Below, in pieces: positions 23,201 through 36,100 of a stretch of DNA of 64,000 bases. Origin of the DNA: Lingula anatina (lineage: Eukaryota > Animalia > Brachiopoda); assembly GCA_051362555.1 (NCBI GenBank), contig CM120649.1, forward strand, positions 13,702,001 through 13,766,000. The letters are read 5' to 3'. The notes beneath the pieces were generated by a model. It ran no database searches, had not been told where the DNA came from, and saw only the letters and a list, made by a program, of their open reading frames with translations. The position numbers were made by a program, and so were the translations under genes. The first letter of the stretch is position 1. The number at the start of each line of letters is the position of its first letter.

Positions 23201-25999
23201 CTTCCGGGTTATAATATATCTGTGATGTTAGCTCTCTTGTGTTGAGAATGTAGAAAAGCGCCTAATGTGTTCCGATGTTTTAATTTAGTAGTTGAAAAAC
23301 TGAGATAACACCAGGCGATAGCACGATATTTAACATATAATGTCCGGTTTCCCATGGCAGGGATGCAGCAGACAAGACAAGGCTTTTATTTTGTGGAATC
23401 AATGTTCATTGTTTTGTGTTTGAAATAGGCCAAGTACTCTCTGTTGAGTCAATAAATCTTGAAGCCCATTATCAATCTAAATCTCGAAAAAAGGAATAAA
23501 TATTTGCTTTGAAATAATAAAATTATACTTTGATGAGCCAAAACGTATGAGCACAAGGCGTTGGTTTAAATTACATGCCACGCTACCCATCCATAGGTAT
23601 ATATTTACTACTCGCGGACTTCATGAACCGAATTTACTGAAATTCTTGCATAAAAGCTTTAATGAGGTGTTCATCACATTCCTAACTTTTTCAAAAATTC
23701 TGAACGAGAAGAAAAGTCGGACTTGATTTTCACAGCTGTGTGTGCTAATGTTAAATCGCTCGCGAAAGGACAAGTCGCTGCGCGAGCCTCCCTCGCGACC
23801 TTTGCTGACCCTTACGATTGTCCCCCTGACTTCACATTTGTCACCTTGTTGACAAACACTGACAGATCAGTGACACCGGTCAACTTCACTGTAATACGAC
23901 AACACAGATGTGTTTACGACACACAGTGGCTCTTGTCGCCCGAACTAATCACGGGAAGGGAACAAAAACGACTTAACCCAGCCCCAGAGACTCGGAACAA
24001 AACGTGAAATAGTTACCCCATTTGAAACCGCGAAACCCTGGACTCGGCGACAAATGATTTATAGCTTCTCATTATGTCCCGCGTTTGTTAACGCCCTTTA
24101 AATCTCCGAGGTAAAAAGATGCCATAGCAAAAATCACAACAGTCCGCTATTATGCGCATTATTTGACTGAATAACAAGCAGCTATCGCTAACGGCACAAT
24201 AGCGGCACTTCTTTCACGTTTTGCCTTGAATAGGACGACCCCGCCCGTGACCCTAATCGTCCAAGGTATTGGTGACGAATGAAGCGTGGATAGTCCCGGG
24301 GCATCTGACGATGACTTTGCCGAGACCTGGGGCCTTTTCAAAGAAGAACATTAGACTGAAATCAGTCAAAAATTTAAGACCACAATTTTAGTCTATTTCG
24401 ACGAAGAATAAATCAGCAGCAGTCGACTGAGATGAAGACACCATTGGGATCAAATATGAACAATGCCTATGTCGTTATAAAATAGGTGAAATAATTCATT
24501 TAATTCTAACATCCACAAATTTGGCTTATTCTAACAAAAATATGGCCCTTTAATTCTTGTGCTACCGAAATTTCTTATAAATGGAGGTGTCCTAGAATAG
24601 ATATTGGGGAGGAGGCGCTTCATAATTACTGACAAGATTCGGTTACCATGTTGTTTACCATTTAACATAAATAAAATGCGAGAAGGTCAGAAGTCGTTCG
24701 TTGACGCCGGATACCGTACCGTGCTTATACGTGCATGATTATTGTAACTTTAAAGGGAAAAACGTATCTTTCAACTGATCTTTTGACAATTTCCAGTCTT
24801 AAATGTTCACCAATGTAGAATTCGAATAAGCCGACTGGAACCAAATGAGGAAAAACTGTAGTGATAAACAATCGCTAGTCATTTACCCTTGGATTGACGA
24901 AATAATCGCATAAATAAACACGGATAACCTTCAGGCTTACTAAGCAAGAGGCACAAACAAATATTGGGCTCTCACGACGTAATCACGATATGTACGTAAT
25001 GACGTCACGACTGTCCGTAAAAACAAAGAGCGGTTTTTGAAATGAACATGACGGATAAGTTGGCATTTCTTTCAAAGTTACACGTACTTGTTTTACACAG
25101 TATAGGTATTCATTTCTCGGGACAAAGTTGCAATTGAAGATAAATCTTATTTTTTTCATTAAAAGTTTTGACTTTAAACTGTAAACTATTGTCTATGTAA
25201 CGTCGTGCGCTCTTACTCAACCTGGGGCCCGCGTTCACGGGGTCACGGCAGTGCTTTGGCCACTTTCATAAACCCACGTACATAAACATTCGATTCTGAA
25301 TAAACAACCGCAGTAGCATTATACCCGTTGTAAATATTCATTGTCGTATTGCAAAAAGTCGAGAATCATTTTTTAGTAAACACGACAAACATTAAGCGGC
25401 TTTGTAGTAGAACACTGAACAGTTTTAGTTAAGGGCCCGTGCGTTTACTCGGGGTTAACTCTTTGTTTCGAAGTTTATCGCAAATAAAAAGAAATTTCTG
25501 AAAGGATTTGAGGGCAATTGTTGTTGTTATTCAAGACTGAAAAATAGTTTCAACAATGACGCAGATTGCCTGTAACGCTGTGTCACCCAGATGCGCTGAA
25601 AAAGTTTTAAAAATAAGCACTACTCGCTGAAGCTATGCGAGGACCGCTGATGTGTTACTAGGGGGAGACAGCGGAATGTGATTAAAACCAATTCCTGATA
25701 GCGTTATTTATTCGTGCTCCCGCGTCACAGATGAATCGACTTTCTCCTCATTTGAACAAGCGATAAGCTAAGCAACAGAAATATAAGTCAATATGTTTAA
25801 TCATTTGGTGAATAATTGCACTTTTTTCATATCCCTGTCCCTAAAAATTCGGAACCATTAAGCGACACTGCATCAGTTAGCACATGACAACACGGGTTCA
25901 CGTGAAGAAAGCTCCACCCTCTTTGCCGCATAGAGCCTCGTTTTCGCTTCAACTCACAAGACTGTTGACATCAATACCATGGGAGTTTTTGTCACTACG

Positions 26000-28900
26000 A
26001 GGCTCGTCGCGATCACAAACTCCTCCCCGGTCTAAATCTGAGCAACGGCAATGACGTCTGGGCTTGACCTATCACAAAGGGTGCCACGAAATCTCCTGAA
26101 TCACCCAATCCTCTTATGCCAGTGTCGACTTCAGTTAATAATCCAGCTTGCGTCTGTGTCGTCTTAATGTTCATGTAGCAACTATCAGAGGACACGGTAT
26201 CTCAGTAGACAGTGTTTGCGCTGCCGATACCGCTTCATATCGCTGATAGCCTCATTTCAGGGATTCACCCGGCCGAACTCCCTGCTCGGAGAAACATCGA
26301 TTCTGTGTTGTTCTTCTTAAGAAAAGAAATACGCAAGAAAAAGAAAGAGAGGTAAGCGTGAAATTCGTAGTCAATTGTGTCATTGATCGTAGAGTTTGTG
26401 GCATATTAATGTTCTTTTGGAAAACGGACGTAACCTTTGTTATCAAATACTGACAGTGTTAACTTTTTGTTTATGGAAGGGGTCGATACATGTAGCATTT
26501 TCACGTCGTTGTAATCGGTAGTTCAAAAGTGTGAGGCGAGGGAATAGGCCCTGACCTTGTACATGTATCCCTGGACTTTCCTATGTTTTGGCCTCTGAAC
26601 TAAAACAGTATCAGACCTAGTCAATTCCCTAGTTTCAAGGGTAGGGCCTATATATATGTATATGGCCATGTTAAAAGATTAGACACAGGATATCAGATGT
26701 CGTTCAGCAGAGCGAACCAGGTTCGATCCTAGCAGGAGAGTTCAAAAGGAGGTTATTTTTCTGAAAAAGTGACCCTTTCTACCCCACCCACCCACCCCAG
26801 TTGACCCAACCTGGCATTAAACCTAGATCATAATTTAATTGTGTCATAGCGGAACTTTTCCAGCCCAAAAACGTAGTTCTTTTGTAAACTCCACCAGCCC
26901 CCCCCCCCCCGCCCCCTTTTGCATACAACCCTGCCATAGTTTGAAAGTCTAAACCGGGTCATCACTTATTCCTGTGCTCTGCTGATGATTAACGTCATAT
27001 TAATGTCTGAGATCCCCAAAATAGTGGGTCCAAGGATCGTAAAATGACATAATAAAAAACAAACATTATGTGATAAAATGTGCGCCGCTTATTATACACG
27101 GTTCATTGACAGCTGTCACAGTTTGGATTTAAGTTACCCAAAAAATTAACCGCAATTTAAATGTCAACAATGAGTGTAAAAAACGTATCCTTAAAAAGCG
27201 AACACCAGCCGCAGTTTAATAGTTAGGGCAGTCTAGACGACGTGTCTTCTCAAGCCTTTTTTATCTGAGAACCTGCAGAAAACGGCACGTTTAAAGAGGG
27301 AACTCATTTTCATTGGAAAACTGCCCGAAAATATTATCCTGGTCACATTTTCGCACCACGACTTAATTTAATTTCATAAATTATAATAATATAAACCGTT
27401 GAGTTTATAAACGGTGCAGTCGCACCGAGGAAATAAAATATCAAAATGCCACCCAAATGTTCCGTTTTTTGTTTTTTTTTTACGAGAAACTGTTTAGTTT
27501 TTAATGTCGTAAATCAGCAGCAAGATCACGCAGTCTAGGCGACCCAAGAACCACGTGGCGTAATAACAAAAACAAACGCTTGTTTAAAGAATTATGTGTA
27601 TTCTTTAAGGATGTCACTGCAGTACGTGTTTGCGTAAAGTCCTGATAACGTACGAATTCGCTATGCTCCACCAGAGGCCTTTTTACATGTAGCTGCTACA
27701 AAATTGGTTTAAGCACCTATAAGGCTGACTTTGTAACTACTAAAACAGCTAGCTAGAAGACGACGGGAAAAGAATCAGACTGAGAATCAAACACGACGCT
27801 AAGTTCCATAACAACGGGAACCGGGTTTGGGAGTTAATAGAAACTGGCAAAGTGTATTAATCATATAAGTAGATGATGTCTAATGTTACCGTACTGACTG
27901 AGGCAACTGATAAAGAGCGTTGCTGGGGATTTTTGTTGAGTAGAAAGTTACGTTACTTAACCGTAGTGTCACATAGTGCGAGGAGAGAGAGAGAGGAGGG
28001 AGAAACAGAAAGAGATAAAAATGAAATAAATTAATAAATTGCAGTGGCTTTATTCTTTAGTTCAACCGAATCTATGCGACTGCCAAAACGTGCCATAACT
28101 CTGCATGATTTTGTGGCGTAAGTAATCTCAACACGTGTATCATATCTATTAAAAAAGGAAGTTCAGGATGTTTTTAAATGGTGCACTTAATATGACAATT
28201 TAAAGTAGCAGAGTAGTGCCCCGCGCAATTCCGTAGAAGGAATTTTCTGATAAACTAATTTCAAAGTTTTAACTGACGGGTGATAGCAACGGAAAATGAA
28301 AATAATTTTTTAGTTTGAATCTCACTTTTTTCTTGCTCGCTTTTCCATTTAGGTAAAGAGAATCTTGCAAAGAAATGCTTCTTATATTTGTAAAGAGATA
28401 AATGACTTAAGAGTAATATTTATACTAGTGTGAAAAGAAACACATGACAGAATATAAAATCAAACAAGAGTTAATAGAAAGCAGGAAACTCTTAATAAAT
28501 GAAGTAAAAATGAAACTGTCTTTACAGCTATAAATTAAGGTCCTTAAAACCTAATTATACGCCTATTGAATGTATTAAGATCTATGCACTATTAGTTATA
28601 GAGACACACATGTTATGATATTGTGTTTCGTTATCGCTATGCACTCATCGATTTTTCGCATTTTTTCTCATTTCTCAATGAGAACTCACTCCATTGGAAT
28701 GAGTCTTATATCAACAGCCATTGTCAATAGGCACATTAAATGGTGATATACGTAATTAATTATGACAGATCTCACTGTGACTGACACTTAAGACAAGGAG
28801 GAATACGTTTTCCGCCGTGTCCTCGGGAAGATGTTAACGTTATAATGTTTTTGTCAAACTTTTCTGTTTCCCTGATACCACGGACGAGGCTGATGGCTCT

Positions 28901-31399
28901 TTCTTTTCACAATAAAACCGCCATCATTAAAAATAACCCAAATTTTGAAATAAATGAGATCCGCCATTTTTTTCCGGGAAGGGGGGGGGGGGGGGTGCGG
29001 ACACTCTTTAAAAGTTAAAAAGTTAAAAGGGATTATTCCAGTGATTTAATAGTGGATACAGTAGCTGTATTGTTTGACATGCCATCAACGAGCTGGATAC
29101 ACATAAAAGAAAAGGAATTCACAGTCAAACGTTTGCAAAACTTAAGCCCCATGAAACCGCGTGATGGGTTCTGTGTACTGTTAGCACCACTGTGGAGGGT
29201 AAATGAAGGGAGGGGCCAGGGTCGGATCCAGAGATATTTTCTGACAGTCTTCCAAATTATCTTTGTTAATTCGTCCTCAATTTTTGACCGTCTTCTGACA
29301 GAAAATATTAGATACCCGTCAATGTAAACTTAAAAATCTGACCGTCTTGGGGAAGACCCAGAAGACGGCCTAAATCCGCCCCTGAGGGGGGCTTAAACAC
29401 TAACTGTATCCTATCTCTCTGTGTATCCTTTATCTTATCCCCGACTGAAACCCCTCCCCTAGCTTCTTCTACCTACCGCATATTCGAGGAATGTGCGATG
29501 GAAAATGGAAAGTGCGTTACCGTTAACTTTGCGATAACCAGGGTGTACATGCATGACACATTTGTTCCTGAAAGCAAATCTATTAGCCGCGCTCCTTGAC
29601 TAAAGACAACTTTATCGATTTACACGGAAGTCGGAAATGAAGAACCGAGCATGAAACCGGAGGCCCGTTTACACCCGGCGGACTTAAACCGCGCCAAGAT
29701 CACATAGATCTAGACAAGACAATTAAGTAAATCAGTTATCTTTCACTTCAAATGCATAAACGTTTAATAATATACTGTGAGCATGTTAAGTCAAATTCAA
29801 CGTGCTTTACCTGCCTGGATGACCTGAATTCGAACCATAGAAATAACTTGTGTAAACTTTGCTGAAGTAAGCTACCGGTGGACTTGACATAAATAATACT
29901 CTGTGAGGGGGTTGTCGCTTTTATATGGAGACGGATCAAATACTTTATAACGACAATTGTGAGTGTATATTGCTCGTCCTATGGGGTATATGTAACCATG
30001 GGTCTGGTTGTTTATTGAGATCTTCATGCAGTTGAAAAAAGGAGTCTACTACTAGAACAGCGTCGGGTGAGTAGATTTGTCAACATTATTTGGTTTGATA
30101 AATTGCATCTTATAAAGGGTATCTAAATATTTCGTTAAGCACTTGTACGTGTACGAGTTTCGTAGGGATTACGGCGGAGAACTGTTGAATTGTTGCTGCT
30201 CTCTCTCTTTCTCTCAAAATTATATATAAGATACAATAATAATTATTGAATGATCCAGTATTAATAAGCTGATTCAATATTTATGGGCGTATTTATTATA
30301 AGGTATACAACAATGAAGAAGTGTGCAGAGACTTCTATTAAATATTGATATTAGCTTTTGAAAAGCTTCTTCATTTGTATACGTCCTCTTTATGGTAGAA
30401 GCTTGTCTCAAATCATAACGCTAGGAACGCGCTTATATTGAGGACAAAACAACGATCGGAATGTATATTTACATATTACTTATTCTGCGTGTTTGAGTTA
30501 GCGGCGTGATTGTTGGATCTGCTCTCTATCATGTTGAGCTACTTTTCTTCCTTTTGCTGCCATCCTGAGGGGTTTATTTTGCATAAGGACTCTGGTTAAG
30601 ATAGACAGCTAGACAGATTTTGTACATGTAGTCCTATATTGGCTTGGCATAAGCATCTACCAGTGTTAAACTCGTGTTCTCCGCTACGAACTGAGACAAG
30701 TGGAAGACCCTTGTTATGATGTCTGTGATCCTCTCTACACAAGGGATATGAGGTATAAAATAACATGTGATGCGTAACTACACAGGTGACGGGGAGGAAT
30801 TGCGCTGAGAAATGTCCAACCGTGTTCACTTCCAACAATGACATTAGACAAGGTGGACTGCTACAATGATTCCTCAGTTCCAGCCCCCACATCCCTGACA
30901 GCCCCGCCCGCCCTCGCCCTCGCCCACTCTCCACTCCAAATCACTTGCTTTGTGGGGTGTTTTCCATGTCATACTTTTATACCATGTCAATGTGACATGA
31001 TTTAATTACTTCGACAGTTGGGACCCAGATGTAAATTTGACTTCTTTTTGAACTCATTTAACGCTCACTGGCGTTTACACAAAGCTCAAACCACAGAAGC
31101 GAGGCCTTTATGAATTTAAGTGTATGTAAACACAGAATAAAATACAAACTCTATTCGCTCGAACACACGGTGTATTTCGGTTCAATTAAATAATTCAATC
31201 TCCGTGTCAAAATTTCTCAAATTCTCAAGGTGGTTCAGTACGTCTGCTAATGGGCTCGCATTGCATTGCTGTTGTACGGGTACATGGTGATTGTTGAGCG
31301 ATAAATGGGCAAAGGGTACCTGACATCCCCCTCCCCACCCCACAAATAAAATATAATAATAAGAAGAATAAGAATAATAATTATTAATAATAATAATTA

Positions 31400-31447
<48 letters not shown>

Positions 31448-33120
31448 TTCAAGTGCAGGAACAGTAGGAGTGTAACATATTTTGGCACAGTGTAAGATGC
31501 ATTTTCAGTTAAAATACTAGTAGGAAAATTACATAGCATGCACGATCTGAGGTGGGACTGAAGTTATTTTTATAAGGTGATCCCCATTATGAATTTAAAA
31601 TCCAAATATTAAAAAAGACATAAAGATGTAATTGTACAAACTTTGATGATAGTACCCCTCTTCTCTTCAGAGCCTTCCTAGTTATACACAGTCTATAAGT
31701 CAAGGCAATCTCTGCTTTATCGTTCTATTACCACAGTCCAACACCTTAATCAAGCTAAATGAATTACTTCTTATATATACTAATGTCTTATAGGTATAAC
31801 ATGCTTCATGTTAAGAATAAACGAAATTTCCTTTCATTTTATTTTGAGCGTTATTCGTGGCGTGATTAATTAAATCAAATGCATTTACTGAGTGTAAATG
31901 CAGTAAGTATAGTTGATATGTAAACAGGGAGCTGTTTTTTTCCGGTCAGTGAGTTTCGCTCGGGGACGCGATGTTTTTAGTAGGTGACCGCTGACAGTGC
32001 CCTCTCTCGAATTACAAATAAGGTCTTTATGGTACGTGTTACGTTGCTTGTTTTCGTCAACACGATTTATAATGATAACCCCGAAGTTAAGTGTAAAACA
32101 TGACTGTGTGCATAACATAAGACAAAAGAAGAAGGACTTGGTTATCATACTACAGGACTTGTCACGTTTAGGAACCCTTTCCCCAGATTTTTGTTTGTTT
32201 GTTTGTTTGTTTGTGTGAGCTTATCTAAGTTTGCGCGTGCCCGTGTGTGATAATGCCTGTTTGAGCGATCGTGAAAAAATGTCGTTCGTGCGCAATGGGT
32301 GATGGACAGACTTTCACCCCCCCCCCCCCCCCACCTAAAAAAAAACATTCTGTGTCCCCGGACCTATTAAACTTTCAAAATCATGGTCTCCTTCTGTCAA
32401 CGCGGTTGAATTCACCTCTCCAGGTTAATCATTTGAAATGATTTATCCTCTTAATAAAGTGCCCGTTCCGTCAAATCCCGTTATGACGCATAGATTTCCC
32501 AAATTGTCTGAACAAATATTCCTTTTAAGTTTGCTCTTTAAGTATAACAACAGGCGGCCTAACTTCTTTGGCTGCCTCGTCACCTGTGAACAGAGAGCCT
32601 CTGAACTTAAAGAACGTGGCCCGTTATTGTTCTGTTGCTAGCAATTTCAATGATTTATGTTTACCCAATGTTTCAACATGTGAATTGTCGTATTATGCAC
32701 ATTTAACGCCGTACTTGTATGTTAAACAGGTGCCGCAGCGAAGGCGACCTCCAAGGCATAAACAAGTCGAACGCTGCCAAAACTGGACAAGGAGTTAGAG
32801 AAGTGGTCAAGGTTGGACGCTAGTGGACACTTTAAAGATCGCCTTCTTCTCTTGATAAAACGGAACGTTGAAGTACGAGAGGACGTCGAATTTACTGCGG
32901 GGCAGTTATCGTCAGGCTGCAAGAATTTGATTGGATTTTTGTAGTCATAGTGTAAGCATGTAAGAACATAATTAAAACAATAGTTTTCTGCGCTCAATTA
33001 GAAAAGAAGGACTACGAAATAAAAAGATACCTTCGTAATCCATTGGTCACCGAAAGATTTTCAAATGCTTCCACATTGTCAACAAATCCAGTAAAACAGA
33101 CGACAGACTTCAAATGCACC
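26000..33120 (+). other. Possible non-coding 5' exons of the CARD gene
   Basis: Strong donor GAG|GTAAGC at 26351/26352; candidate micro-exon 30032-30066 (CAG|...CGG|GTGAGT); acceptor AAACAG| at 32729/32730 ahead of ATG 33121; ETS-like CGGAA motifs near 29624-29636. Splice signals only, no transcript evidence; the start coordinate is approximate. Confidence 0.3.
29217..29384. mobile_element. MITE with CAGGG-CGGAT type termini (hAT-like)
   Basis: CAGGGTCGGATCCAG ... CTAAATCCGCCCCTG inverted ends; related termini at 63572-63837 and, more degenerate, near 20415-20605. No exact TSD. Confidence 0.55.
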
Positions 33121-36100
33121 ATGGATCCTAAATACAAAAAGATTCTGGACGAAAATCGAGTGTTGTTGGCCAGAAACATAATTCCGACAAAGGAGTTCTA
33201 CGACAGACTGCAAAAACAGAATGTCCTCACTGAGTCCATGCTCTCCAATATAGCGGTAAGTTACCAGTGTTGAATAGGCCTACTCATCTCATAGATTCCA
33301 TCATTTACCACTTAGAGGTTTCTGTTTATTTCGGTTTTGCTAGCACGCGAATAAGAACGGTATTTCCCATTGACAAGCAGTACCAATATTCATAACCAGA
33401 CGTCACAATTATTCGATTCTCGTACTGTAGTTGGTGATTTTAAAAGCACATAGACACAACGTTCATGAATGTTGTACACACAGGACGCAACACAATTTAT
33501 AAAAATGGAAAAATATTATTGTTGTTCTGTGGACAAACAGACACTTATTTTTTGCCAAAAGAGAGACCTTATCCTCTACTGTAGCTTAATGTGCCCTGTG
33601 CAATCTGTTGACGTCTTAGTTACAAATACCTACATGTAAATACCTCTGTGAAGTCCTTATAGGAACGTTTAATGTTAGGATGTGGCATTTTGGACTTAAG
33701 TCGAACTTGATTACTCATGTAATGAGGTTAAACCAAGGTGGGCGTCTCAGTAATGCCGACATTTAAACTCTAAAAAATTTAATCACTAACATCTGTCAAA
33801 ATTTTTTTTCCAACTAGTCGTACCAGATTTTGTTGTCAAATTGCCGGGAAACACCCACGATCTTTGGATTTTTTACTAACTTTTAACTAAATAGACCAAA
33901 TTCGAGTACAGTGAACGCTTTCTTATTAACAAATGTAGGGCATTTATCCATCCTATTAAACTGTCCAACAATATGGCCATACTGATAGTATTTGAATAAG
34001 CGACACTATGGCACGTTATTTAACAAGTTGTGCCATTAAAAACATCCGTTTCTCCTTGTGTGTAATTGAAAGTTTCTTAAAATGGTTTATACTTAATAAG
34101 TACGCTACACTTGAACACCTCTTTACAAGTAGCAATAAGATTTACGAAATGTTTAATTTGACGTACTTCATATTGCATGCACTACTATTGGCTTCCTTCA
34201 AATTGGCTTCCACCAAAGCATTGAAGTAGAAGTAAGAGGGAATGGCAATTCATGCACTTCCATAATTTATTATTGAAATTAAGCCCCTTTAAAATGTGTT
34301 ATTTCTATTACAATCTTATAAAAGCCTTCATTTACGTGTAATGTTTGTATATATTATGAAATCTCACCTTCTCCAGACATAGTATTATGTAATACAGATT
34401 AGTTTACCTTGGCGTTTTATTACACCTCTAAACAATGGAACCAATGTTGCGTGTGATCACTCGATTGTACTGACTAAATCAACCTTGGCGACCCAGGGAT
34501 CGGCCAGGGATCGGCTAGTTTGCGTTGGGGATCGGCCTGCATCGGTTTGGGATCGGAAGGCTTCGGCTTGGGATCGGCTGGGTTGAAAAGTGCCCCCCCC
34601 CCCCTGCCAGCTTTAATTTCACTTCCATGGCCCTACGTATGGCAATAAGATTGACCTTGTCTACTTTGTGATATTAACTTCACTTTAAGCGGCATTTTTA
34701 TACTCCCTCCCCCCCACCATCTTTGGCCTGCTAGTATTTATGGTTAAACAGAGGGCGGTGTTGCCTCCAGTCCTTTCTATCTTCCCCTATCCACAGTGTT
34801 GCCATCATGGTTGTCATAGACTTTTCGATTTGCTACATTTCTCACACGCTAGTATATTCTGGACTCTAATTACAACATCAGTGTATTGAATTGTGTACAC
34901 ATTTATTTCTAAGTGCAAACAATTCATTCAGTAACACGTACAAAGTTGTACATTAATATAGGAGGTATTTCAGAGGGGCATTAGTATTGAGGTGGTGAAA
35001 CTACACGTTTGACTTCTTCAGATTGACTGGAATGTACCAACATGCTACCCTCTACCAGGGCGACAGATATTCATAGATATGTCTCTACATAAATATACAC
35101 ATCTGTGAATATCTGTGGAAAATCAATCTGTCGGTAGAGAATCTGTGGTAGAGGGTACCAACATGCTTGCTCTAACAGGGCCTTGAAGTACTTCGATATT
35201 CCGTTCCTTGTACAGTGAGAAAATACTAAAGCGCATAATTCATCACTATGAATCCCTTTTTTTCCCGATTGGATAGGTAATGGGATTCGTTCACATACAA
35301 TGGCTCCGAAATACTTTTATGTGAATTGTACAAAAGGAAAGAAAAAACGTTGTTACTGGAAGTTTTTCTAGCTAAAGATGCAACTCAATACCATGTGTGA
35401 CAAACCAACATCTTTTTATTATCAATGCGGGTACCAATGAAGGTGATATTTCTTAAGACACGTGTAGTCGGAACCCATAAACGATTTCGGTTCAACTCGA
35501 ATAATTTAAAATAACGTTTGTCCTCAATCAGGTTACTTTAGTTAACCGTGCATAAAAGATAAGTAAGTGTTTGGTATAAAAGTCACTTTGGACAATATCA
35601 TGCCTAAACAGGCACAGACATTGATATTATCCATTCCCGCAACAGTCCAAGCTTTTGTGCGTCCATGTTTGTAATAGACCCAACCTTTGGACGTTTTCTA
35701 CAATGCAGAATCACACAGGACATAATGGAGTTCCTCAACTTTCTCGAATATCATCAATCTCCTATGTTTACTTCGTTTCATCGCACTGATTACTCTGTGC
35801 GTTGAATTATATTGCGTAAAAGGAACAATATTTACCTGTCAATAACGAGCTTTTAGGAAAAGTTTCCGGACGACAAAGGTTAATCCCACAGGATCGATTC
35901 CCGTGTAAAAAATCGTTACCATAGAATGCATTGTTTTATTCTTTCTGATTTGCAGAGTAAAACTGATAAAGACTCCAGTCCGTTAAGACGGGCGCATCTG
36001 CCAACGGTGAGCTTCCTATTCACGTTCTCCTACTCGATTCAACAAGTGTAAATACAATACATCGTGATTACAATACGACGTTAATCGAATGGGAGAACTG

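Noticed and set aside
24262-24330. Imperfect hairpin with CTGACGA and ATGA..TGA (hammerhead, SECIS or pre-miRNA candidate)
   Set aside because: It lacks GAAA and a cleavage triplet, SECIS helix II does not pair, and I recognise no known miRNA.
24754-25173. Possible TTAA-flanked Kolobok-type MITE
   Set aside because: Terminal inverted similarity is too weak to call without a second copy.
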